A model generated the notes under the pieces. It searched no databases. It was given only the letters and a program-made list of their open reading frames with translations, and was not told where the DNA came from. From Antedon mediterranea (lineage: Eukaryota > Animalia > Echinodermata), in assembly GCF_964355755.1 (NCBI RefSeq), contig NC_092674.1, forward strand, positions 9,734,001 to 9,798,000: a DNA stretch of 64,000 nt, given 5' to 3'. Within the stretch, counting starts at the first letter, position 1. Every line of letters begins with the position of its first letter. Made by a program: the position numbers and the translations under genes. This document shows positions 50,801 to 61,600 of the stretch, one piece after another.

Positions 50801-53800
50801 TTACTTGTTTACTGTTGTTAGGAGTAGGACTAGCTCTTGGCTTTGATTTTGGAGCTAATGGTGCTTTGCGTACAGGTGCTAAAAGAAGATTTGAATCAAG
50901 TTGTGCCGCAGTCTTTGTCTGTTGTGGTTTTTCTGTCGCTATCGGATCAAACAGATCTGCAATGTCTTTCATATTACTTTGACTAGACACAAATTGTGGT
51001 GCTTTTTGAGGTATTAAAGGTTTCTGATTCATAGGATTCAATGAGGTTGATTTAATTGTTGTAGTCTGAGAAGTATATTGCACTCTTTCCACAGGAACTG
51101 GTCTTGATTTGGAGGAAGCGGAAGAAGACATTGATGATAGAAGCGACAATCCTTTGGCAGTATTCGAGACGGTCGCTGGGTCTGGAATCGTGTACGATTG
51201 CTTGGAGAAATTAGTTGATTTACCAGTGGTCTGTTGCTTGTTGTTAGTATTTGATTGGAACTGCGAAACAGATGCAGATATTGATGCCATTGCGGATAGG
51301 CCTTTTGCAGCTGTCGAGATGGTTGCTGCATCTGGAATCGTATATGACTGTTTTGATACATTAGTTGATTTACCAGTGGTTTGTTGCTTGTCAAAATTTG
51401 ATTGGAATTGCGAAACAGATGCCGACATTGATGACATTGCCGATAGTCCTTTTGCAGCTGTATTGATTGTTGCTGCATCAGGAACTTGACTACTCCAATT
51501 TGATGCAGGTGGCCTGTTGGATGCAGGTGGTCTGTTTGCTGCTTTTGGTTTTGGCTTAGTTTCAAATGCAGACATTGTTGAAGACACTGCTGACAAACCT
51601 TTAGATGCTGCTGATAATGTGCTTGCATCAATTGATACTGCCTCTGTTTTACTATTCGTTGGTTTTGACAATGAAAATGGATTTGCAGGAGAATGCAATG
51701 TCTTTTCAGGTGGCTTACTGATACTTCCTGTATTAAATGGTGATGTGGTTCTTTTTGTATTGTTGGAGTCAGAATTACCCTTAACTTTAAATGATTTGTT
51801 CAAGCCTTTTATTGCATCGCTAACAGACAATGCATTTGGAACAACATTATTTTCCTTATCGCTAAGTTTATCTTTTACCTCTGAGACTTCTTCAGAATTT
51901 GAACTAGTGACTCGACGCCTCGGTATTGCCATTGGGCTAGATATTTTATGATCCGACTTTGGGCTTGATGGTGGGGGAGGAAAGGCTATCCTAGCTGTAG
52001 GCTTAGGCTGCTGTAAAGGCTTAACAGCTGGTTTAGGTGGTTTAGCAGAAGTCTGTGGAGGAACTGGCTTTTTCTTTTGTTCAACAGCTTTTTCAAGTTC
52101 ACAAACAGCAGATGGTTTTTCTGGCATCTTTTCTATAGTATTATTATCAGAGACATTTTTGTTTATTGTTTCATTTTTTTCAGTTTCTTTTTTCGCTTCA
52201 AAACTTAACCCACGTTCGTATTTTCTTGATGGTCTATTTGTTGGGAGTGGAGGAGGAACACCTGATGATTTATTATTGGTAGAGCTCTCGGTTTCAGAAT
52301 GTTTCTTTAAAGATTCATTTTCTGGTGTACCGCCACCAGACTGGTTTTTCTCTGAGCATGAGCTTACTCTTGGTCTTGCTATCGGAGTCAACTTGTCACA
52401 ACTGGTTGTGTCTGCAGTTGAACCTGCCACCGATGTCGATGATGAAGTTGGAATACGTGGACCAGACATTGGTCTCTGAGGTCTTTCCAAATTTGCTGGT
52501 TTTTTTTTAGAGTGGTCTTGATTTGGTATATGTGACGATGCTATTTCTGAGGGACTTTTCCTTGACAAGACTGGAGAGGTAGTACTAGAACTGGACACAG
52601 AACTTGTGCGACTTTTACTGGGTGGGGTGTATGCAGCCTTTGGCCTTGATGTAGGCAATGGTGGTGGAACATAAGTTCCTGCTGGTCGATTCTGTGGAAG
52701 AGGTGGTGGTGCTGCGTCTGTTGATGGCCCATTTGTACTCAAAGAATTTAAACCTGTCATACAATGCAAAAACAAGCTTTTTGAATAATAAGAAAATCAA
52801 ATTACTGTACGATACGATAGTATTTATTGTAATTTTTACAACTAGGTACAAATTAAATTTGGTTGGTTGAAAAATGATAGGTAATTTAAAGGGACCATGT
52901 CTTAGAGTGAGTGAGTGAGTGGCCGAGCGGTTAAGACAGTGGAACCGTGATTACGTAGCCATAACATCGGCAGGGGTTCGAGGCTCACTCACTCCATGGT
53001 TCTGGTGGTAGAACGAGTCTTCTCGGATAAGGACTATAAACCGTAGGTCCAGTGTACACATCTAGCTCGTGTGCACTTTAAAGAACCTAGTACATCTTTC
53101 GAGACGAGTAGGGGGTTACCCCGGTGTATTAGTACATCACAGCCACTGATCACCAACTGGGCCCTCTGGGAGACCAGTCTTTGACTGAAGAGGTTACCCA
53201 GTATAAATATAAATTTCAATTCAATTCATGTCAAATATATTCTACTGCAGTAACTACAACTGTGGAGTAGCTTTGCGTCAGGCAGTTGAGTAATTGGTCA
53301 GATGTTTTGCCCTACTCTGAGACGTAATTTGTACTTCATACTAAGTACATTTGAGAATACTTGCGAAAAAAATCACAAGTAATTCTCGGCTGTACTAACT
53401 ACATTCTGTTTGCTCTTTAATCTTGTTTATTATTTACAGTAGCAAGCCTTGTTTGGGTAACCAATACACACTGTATTAAAATGACCATATAAAAAATGAT
53501 ATACAAAAAATGCATACATTATTGTAGTAACTGAATGTAGAATAATTTAGGCATGATCCCTAAATGAAGCTCTTGTAACCATAGTCTAAATTTCTTTTTG
53601 CCAATGACAATCATTTACATTATAAGTTTTAAATGCAGTTTTTCACTAAAACAGTCTTCAATATAGTATTTAGGTAACACCACTACTTTTCTGTGAAACA
53701 AACATGTCAACAAAGTCCTATTCAGAAAGAGCTGTAAGTAATAATAAGTGAATTTGTAATAAAAGATTTGACTCACCTCCATGAGGAGCGGGTGGGGCGG

Positions 53801-53816
53801 ATCTAACAGGCTGCAT
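41830..53816 (-). CDS. SH3D19: SH3 domain-containing protein 19-like adaptor (long Pro/Ser-rich N-terminus + six SH3 domains)
   Basis: Exons in minus-strand order: 53816-53777, 52753-50673, 50110-49987, 49749-49694, 48734-48666, 48111-47962, 47550-47374, 46901-46849, 46737-46541, 46132-46074, 45491-45324, 44787-44619, 43918-43848, 41943-41830; phases are consistent. LPPRPGPNHPLFKYTVEKPHGIA before SH3-1 resembles the vertebrate SH3D19 segment PRPKPGHPLY...PHGIA. SH3 motifs A(L/R)xD(F/Y), W and GxFPxN(F/Y)V recur with variants. The true start could lie further upstream. Confidence 0.8.
42181..43766. mobile_element. Non-autonomous Kolobok-type DNA transposon (1.6 kb) in the last SH3D19 intron
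   Basis: TTAA|AGAATAGAAGGATATGCATCGACG ... CGTCGATGCATATCCTTCTATTCT|TTAA: perfect 24-bp TIR; no long internal ORF. Confidence 0.82.
43347..43532. mobile_element. hAT-type MITE nested in the Kolobok element
   Basis: ATTATACT|CAGTGGCGT ... ACGCCACTG|ATTATACT: 8-bp TSD and CAG...CTG termini. Confidence 0.78.
45739..46000 (+). mobile_element. tRNA-derived SINE (family 2)
   Basis: Same head and body as the 27146 copy; ends in (TAAA)n. Confidence 0.7.
50345..50636. mobile_element. Two adjacent degenerate Harbinger-like MITEs (GCTTGGTTCTCAC...GGAACCAAGCTT family)
   Basis: Inverted ends and TTGACCAAT/ATTGGTCAA internal palindrome; relatives near 9900-9960, 14190-14300 and 59500-59628. Confidence 0.45.
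52905..53226 (+). mobile_element. Full-length tRNA-derived SINE with Deu/Nin-type core
   Basis: A-box TGGCCGAGCGG, B-box GGTTCGAGGC; core CTCGGATAAGGACTATAAACCGTAGGTCC...TAAAGAACCTAGTACATCTTTCGAGACGAGTAGGGGGTTACCCCGGTG resembles the Deu/Nin SINE domain (recognised from memory); (TTCAA)n tail. Confidence 0.8.
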
Positions 53817-54032
53817 TCTAAAGGAACAAATACAAAAGGTCATGAGCATTGTGTAACTCTACTCTATAAAGGTAAACAAAGATATGAACTTGCTAGCATA
53901 ACAGTTTACTAAGCTAACAATTCTGCCTAAAACAAATAATGATTAATCAAGATTATATTAGTATATTATTATCATGTGTTTATTTATCAAGTAAAATTAC
54001 TAATAACATGTAAAAATGTCCGTTAGTGTTAT

Positions 54033-54058
54033 CATGGAGAAATACTTATTTCTCCATG
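54033..54058. mobile_element. 26-bp P-element-like scar (two TIR tips joined) with 7-bp TSD
   Basis: GTGTTAT|CATGGAGAAATA-CT-TATTTCTCCATG|GTGTTAT. Confidence 0.65.
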
Positions 54059-55204
54059 GTGTTATGTTGTCGTATTTTATCAGAAATCAGGCATTAATCA
54101 CATGGGACAAAACAATAATCATAGATTTAACTGTTACAAAATAAATACATTTGTTATGACATTGATTCCCTGCATTGATCAGGGAAGAGTTAAATTAAAT
54201 TAATTTAACTCTTCTCTGCATTTTTTTTTTTATTCAATCGAAACCGATATTTACCGCCACTAACGGGTTTGATACAAACAAAGCCAGGACTGTTTAAAGC
54301 ACCTTGATTGGTCCCAACATTGATCAAGGGCTTCTTTTTTCCAGTGGCCACCTTGACCAGAGGAAAGGCATGGGCCAATACGTCTGAGGCAGATACTAGA
54401 TGCATTAATGTAAAGTGCTACTGAATATTACATTGCATGTGATTATAGAAATATGTGCTATGTTAATATAAACGTGATAATAACATAATAATTCATTCAA
54501 AGTAGTTACCTGAGCTGTCAAAAATGTACCACCTTACAATAAGATGTATGTTCCCTAAAACATGAAAAATGAAGATGAATAAAATCTTGAATAAGCTATT
54601 TTGTAGTTAATAAAGTTGTTCACTTCTGATTTCGCTAAATACAAAATAAATGATTACATTTGACCAGAATCAAGTTGTGTCAAAACTGTGTGTGAGTCAA
54701 CCACAATAATTAACATGACGCATTCTTACAATAAGATTTTCTTGGAAACAAGTTATATTTTGCCAAAAACTAAAATGATGGTTGATTAGTAATCAATCCT
54801 TATTGGTCTTATACTTTTGTGCTGCTTACTTACTATGGTCAAGTGTATAAATTATATAGATACAAAGCCTAGAGAGGATATAAAAGAGTACCAAACAGTG
54901 AGTAGGTCTACACTACTTACAGTACTTGTGTTTTTTTCAATACAATTTATTTATTTGTGTATTTTATTTTAGGAGACCCAGTTTTATTACATACATGGGT
55001 CTAACAAGTATGACTATCTATGAAAAAGTAATACAAATTACTGTTACTTGCATTAGTAGGCCTAGGCCCTAGGCGGCCTCAATAAAATTTTACAATTTCA
55101 AATTCTTTTTTTTTTCGTGACAGACTAGGCTTGGCCTACATAATAAAAAGTAAAAACATACTAATAAAATAGTGTCATGATATTAAATGTAGGCCTATTA
55201 CTTT

Positions 55205-55600
55205 CATTTTTTCATTTCTTTATTCGACAACAAGCGGTCCAGGGATTGCGACAGCAACAGAGCACCATAACACATTTGTGTCCGCAATCCCTGTAACATA
55301 CAACTTAATACAAGTTAAAAATGAATATAAAATATACAGAATATATAAAAAATTTAATTAATTTGTATTACTGTGTTACACAATTTAAAATACTCCTATA
55401 CAATTAAAATAAATTTAGCGTTGATCAAGCAGATATTTTTTCAATTTCGACAGGAATTTTTTCAAAGGAAGAGTAACTGCTTGATCTTTGATTATGGAGG
55501 GTAGTGATGACCATATAACAGGAAATTTGTTGATAGACGAATATTTTAAAGTATCGGTACGTGCAAAAGGGTGGACAAATGTGTTATTTTGTTGTACCAA
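55205..55600 (-). mobile_element. 3' end of a CR1/L2-group LINE
   Basis: Minus-strand peptide ...FARTDTLKYSSINKFPVIWSSLPSIIK...FLSKLKKYLLDQR* resembles the ORF2 C-terminal W(N/S)SLP...FKxKLKxYL motif. The 3' UTR has a GGGATTGCG/CGCAATCCC hairpin, AATAAA and a (GAAAT)-like tail. Confidence 0.65.
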
Positions 55601-55639
55601 ACATAAAGGTATACTAAAGTTTACACTGATCATTCTACA

Positions 55640-56310
55640 GCTAGGCCCCCTTGGTTCGATTGTCCATGCCTCACCACAGAAAACGCCTCCCGGTCCATTC
55701 CATCCTTTGTACCGACAGCAACCTTAATTCTAACAGACGGAGGTAGGCCTAACTTTAGCACGTTAAAAACTAAGCAACAGTCGGTAAAATTACACGTATC
55801 ATAATCATAAACTTATATAATATACATTCATAATAAAAATTAATACCAGTTAATTGATGATAAAAATATGACGAATTGAAAAAAAAGTATATTATGAAAC
55901 TAGTTTCTCGCGAATATTTACAATCTGAACTTCCGTTTTTTTCTGTCTCTGCGCATTTATTTGTTGTTTTTCTCAATTAATTTCTGACGAATCATTTGAA
56001 CTTTGATTGAGTCCCGAAAACGGACCCGTCTCATAACAAACTACTCTTTATATTGCATAATAGCTGAAGGGTTTTTCGAAAAATGAATTATTGTCGTTTA
56101 AATTACCAATAAATTGTAGAATAGTTATGCTTTAACATGAAAATAAAGCATCAAATATTTATGTGTTTATTTCTAAAAATTAAATCGTCTTAAAATAACT
56201 TCCCGGTGGCGCTATTTAGGAAAGCCTTTTGCTATGACGTCATGACCTGGCGCCAAAGCCTTATAGAAGATGTTAAATATGGGAAATCGTCCGAATTTCG
56301 TAAGTAATTT
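55640..56310. promoter_or_regulatory. Probable bidirectional promoter of SH3D19-like and JADE genes
   Basis: Locally CpG-retaining region between divergent genes; TCTCGCGA at 55906-55913; full CRE TGACGTCA at 56235-56242; candidate non-coding first-exon donor GTAAGT at 56300. Confidence 0.5.
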
Positions 56311-58682
56311 TGGTAGAAATATTGACTTCACCTTCCAAAAAGTATTATATAATGAATATATAATATATGTAGATATTTGTTAATAAATAATACTACACAT
56401 TTTTTCCTTCAATCAATGATTTTAATCTGTATGAATATATAATGAGATAATTTTGAATCAATCAAAATGGATGGAAATGTCATGTGTAAAAAATGAAACG
56501 GTCACCAAACAACATCTGGATGTGCCCTAACTAGCCTACCCTGGGTTTATCTAAATTCGTATGAAGTATTATATACTTGATATATTATTATAAATCCCAA
56601 ACATGCAGTTAGTTCATATCCTCATATAAATATTGCATTTGAAAATATTACTACGTTGCAATTCTGTAGGCCTAAAAAACCAATTTATGCTGAGAATGTA
56701 AAAGGGTGACCCGAGATTAGACGATTTCCTCAGGTGGTGAATTAGGTCATACGAGGTAAACGGTGTCTGTTTGTGGCCTAACTTTCTTTTTTTTTTTGTG
56801 GCTAAGCATATCTACCATAATTTTAATCATAATTTTTATCATAATTTTTAGCATTCATCCAACATCATAAGCAATTACACGATACCAAATACGATAATAC
56901 TATTAATATTCAATTTAATTTATTTTTATTTACAAAATTATTACAATTTTACAATTAAATGTTTGTTCTACTCAACTCTGCAACTTAAAGCAGAAAATTA
57001 TGCAAACTAATAATTATTATAGATTGGCTATTTTTATGCTCAGTTGTTGTAAACAGGATAAGCGTATTGCTAATGTTATGCCATGTTATTGTATATTCAG
57101 TAACCAATATTTATAATTGGTAGAAACTCAGTGTCAAACTGTTGGTTATGGGGATTACTATATCATATGTGGTAATCCCTACAATCATGGATTATCCCAA
57201 ATATGCATGTTTTTTTTTTAATCGAGTTGTTGAGCTATACATTTTGCCACATTTACAACTCTTGACATGTATCATGTATGTAGTGAATTACAATTTACAA
57301 ATAAGAGAAAAACTTGTTTATATAGCAATTTAATCTTTCAACTCTTTAATTCCCTTAATTCAGATCTCTTAACTATATTATTCAATGCATAAAGATTAAT
57401 TATTTGTACCATTGCACTCATAAACATTAATTATTTGTATATATTCCACACTCACATTATATGCAAGATAATTTAGTTACAGTGTATGTTTTGTTTCCAA
57501 GATTCAAATTTAACATGAAAGCCACTATATACTGTAATACTGTAATTTTTTAATTATTTGCATAATGATTTGAATGTAATTTTAAATGCAAATGTAGATC
57601 ATATAAGTATGGACATTCCATGGTATTTGAGAACTCATACTCCCACCTCCATACTTACATGAAATGAGTGGTGTGCATGGTCGGTTTAATATATGTCACA
57701 CTCTAAGATAATTTGTAATTATTTATAATCAAATGCACAAGTTCAGAATAAATTAATTTACTAATATTTTATACAATATTTACGATGATGGTGATGGCTG
57801 ATATTAATACATAATACTGGTTATTATTCTGTTGGGCAGGGTCACCGGGGAAGGTGGGTGTCACTCTTAAATATTTCCAAACAAGGAGGTGCAGCATTTA
57901 CAGGTATATTTCCAAGGATTTGATAGCACAAGTGCAGGGGCAGAGTCACCCACATTCAAGCATTTGTACCCACCCCAAAATATGTATGGAAATATGTTAT
58001 TTTTCCACCCACCCTTTACCTCTTTGACACAAAACATTGACTACAGTACTATACATCCCTATTAAAAATTTTAAAAAGTGTGCATTACAATGTTACATAG
58101 GTTTTACAGATGGTTCTGAAATGTAGTTGAATAAAAATTATCAATATCATTTTGCTATTTTTATCCAAACTGTTAAACACGCATGCATGACATACTATGT
58201 AACCATGATGTAACTAAAAAAAACCTTGTTTTTTTTTTAATGGTTTCAAATTAAATTAACCAATTAAGTAAGTGCTTGATTCCATAAATAATACGATTAT
58301 TGAATTATTTCATAAAGATTAAAATAAATAATACAGTTTATCTTATAAAATTGGAATTTACCAGATCAAATTAATTTTAATGTCTCTTTGTCTGCTGCCC
58401 TCTCTTGTTAAATTTGTTCTCATGATGAACAATTAGGCTTGTGCCATTGTTATGTTATGCAATGTTTGTCAATGTTAAAATGTAATTGATATGTTTGAAC
58501 ATAGTATCTATAATTTGTTAGTATTTTAATTAACCCAGTAAAAATGTTACTAATTTTCATGTTCATAAAAAACTGTCTGATATTTTTTCAGATAGTAACA
58601 ACATAGATGCTATTAGCATGGCAAGAATAGTCAAAGAGTAAATTACTATTTATATCTAGACTTGTTTCACAACAAGACAACC

Positions 58683-61600
58683 ATGTATAGCCAATCAGGC
58701 AACCACAATCAACCTGCGGAGGTGAGTTTGCTAATTTAGGTATTGTAAAAATGGTTCATAGAGAAACAGAGAAGGCAGACAACGTGGGAACTGCTTCATC
58801 ACAGGATTGAGTTCAAGCATCTTGGTGATTCTAATAATTCTAAAAAGATTGTACTTTGTGTATTCTATATTTTCAAGTTCGGACCAATGGTTGCTTGCTT
58901 TTCCATGTCCATGTTCTTAGCCATGTTTATAATGTTGATATAAAGTTTGCGGTACACCATGTAGGCCTATATATAGTTCAGAAATAAACTGTTGGGTTTC
59001 TCAACGTTTCGATCAATATACTTTGATCCTACTTTTTTTTTTTCACCATGCAAACCTTCAAACAACATTGCACATTGTTTACATGCCGTTGACAATCATG
59101 AAATGCAAAAGATGGAGGGGAAATGGTTCTTGTTATTTCTTAAACATGATATTGGAACCTTCATTTGGTCCCAAAATTGTACCCTCATTAGGTGTTCTAC
59201 TGTTACAATATTTCTTATGAGCAAAAATATTTCGCAAATCTATAGTATTCATAAAACTGTTCATTGGATTTTTTAAGGTTTTCCGCAAGGATTTAATAAG
59301 TGCCATGAAACTTCCTGACTCGGCACATTTGGATCATGATGAATATTTCTTGATGGCCGACACATGGAAACCAGAGTGGGAGAAAGGCGTACAAGTACCT
59401 GTTAATCCAGACCGGGTACCGTGTGCAGACATTAAAGAGGTTCGTCCAAAAACACCTGGTGTCTACAAAATGTAAGTGCCTTAATATTATATTAAAGCTT
59501 AATTCACGCAAGGAAGTTTAGCGCAACATAAGTAACTTGGCCAATCACAAGCGATGGATTATCAGAACAGCTTGTTATTGGTAAATTCAGGTTCCTTTGA
59601 GATTACGTCCTAGTGGGAACCAAGCTTTACCATAGAACCCAATTAATTAAGGGGACACATTCCAGAACAATGTGTCCCTTTAATAGGCGTGTCCTCTGAT
59701 TAGGCGTTGGTCCTAGTGCTAAAACATTGGGCGTCGTTCGCTTTACAGGAAAGTGTCAAAAGTAGGAATTCTACTGTTTATTATTATTACATTTTGTTTC
59801 AGGTATTTTTCAATGCAATTACATTGCAATGTACTGTACAGTCCCACAATACGAAATGAGGTGGGATAATGTCAATTGCTTATGCCTATAATTAAAAGAA
59901 TTTGTTGAATTTTTGTTTTAAATTCTTACAATGTCATCTTGTGATCATGATACACGCACAGTTGCTGGTAAATTCATTACTATAACTGTTAACACAAAGT
60001 ATGAATTAATTATTACTAAAAGATGTGTATTTAAATAAATCATTTTAAAAATTTATATAACTATGAAATGTCCTGAAACATGTTTAGTTCAGTTTAATAT
60101 TTTTTTCAAGTTGCTGAAATGATCCTAAACATGTTTAAATTTCTTGTTTTTTTATTTCCAATGTTGTCACCATAATGGCCCTAAACATGTTTAATTCTTT
60201 CATATTTTTTTGTAAATTTGAAGAGGCCCTGAACATGTTTAAATTTCTTGTTTTTTTTGTCTAGTACAAAGCATTGTTACTATAATGGCTCTAAATATTT
60301 TTAATTGTGTCATATTTTTGTCTGAATTTGGTAAAATTGCCCAAAACATGTTTAAATGTTCATCTTTTTTTTCTGTTAGACCACGCAAGTTAGTGAAACT
60401 GCCGCCAAAGGGTAATGATGATGAAGATGACAAAGACAAGGGATTTTGGCAGTCTCTAGAGGCTGTCTGCAAGTATGACCTAGATGACACAGACAGAATC
60501 TGGCTGGAGCTTGCCAACAATGAGAGAGAAGAGTATGGTAGGTGGTTTTTTCTAGCCTTGTTCACACTGAACTTTGAACTTTATCCATTGGTAAAGCAAG
60601 GCCATTGGTAAATTTGATTATTGATCGCACAATGCACTTTAATGCTTTCATGCGGTTTGTTTTAAATACCAACCATTCGTCTTGGTTAACTTAACGTATC
60701 CAGTGTTCAGATTGGACTTTGCCGGTGTGCGATCAAGGCTTTTGTCAGTTTCTTCGTTGCATGTTCATGATTCATCCAATCACAACTGTAGGATAGAAGG
60801 CATCTTCGTCTTGAGAAGGCAGAAAATCAGCTAGTGCTAATAATTCATTATTCAAACCTCATACTTCAGTTTGGGTAATAATGACATAAACATATACTTT
60901 CTTCCTTTTCCTTAATCTCGTTTTCACAGTTTTTTTTTTAAATTTGTTTGCACTATAGCCATTAACCATTAGTAAACTCTGAGGGTGCCGAATCGAATCT
61001 GGTTGCGATGTGAAAGCAGTTTTATAATATATCTAAAAAAAACAAAACAATTTTAACTGATTATCATCGCAAAACATTTTTCTTTTGTTCCATTAATACC
61101 ATTTTAGATTGCAATTCATAAGCCACTTGTTTTCTGTTTTTACATATAATATCATGGTTTATTATGTAATTATTTAATCGACATTTACGTGGTTATATAG
61201 TAATGATGAATTATTGATGTAGTCATAAAGGTTGATACAAAAATGTTCTATATTTAGGTATTAAATTAGCATTAGCCCAGAGATAACACAAACCTAGATT
61301 GAGCACTTGCCCAGATTAAGTACGTGCCCAAGTTGAGCACTTGCCCAGATTGAGTACTCACCCAGATTGAGCACTTGCCCAGATTGAGCCCTTGCCCAGA
61401 TTGAGCACTTGCCCAAATTGAGCACTTGCCCAGATTGAGCACTTGCCCAGATTGAGCCCTCGCCCAGATTGAGCCCTTGCCCAGATTGAGTACGTGCCCA
61501 AATTGAGCACTTGCCTAGATTGAGCACTCGCCCAGATTGAGCACTTGCCCAGATTGATTACGTGCCCAAATTAAGCACTTGCCCTGATTGAGTACTTGAT

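Noticed and set aside
51038-52870. Overlapping alternative-frame and antisense ORFs in the large SH3D19 exon
   Set aside because: Expected in Pro/Ser/Ala-rich low-complexity coding sequence.
52913-52996. tRNA gene candidates (also 27146, 45739, 30035, about 17300)
   Set aside because: A and B boxes are present, but the stems are imperfect and most continue into multi-copy SINE bodies.
58592-58682. N-terminal extension of JADE upstream of ATG 58683
   Set aside because: In-frame TAG at 58614-58616; the upstream ATGs give only short uORFs.
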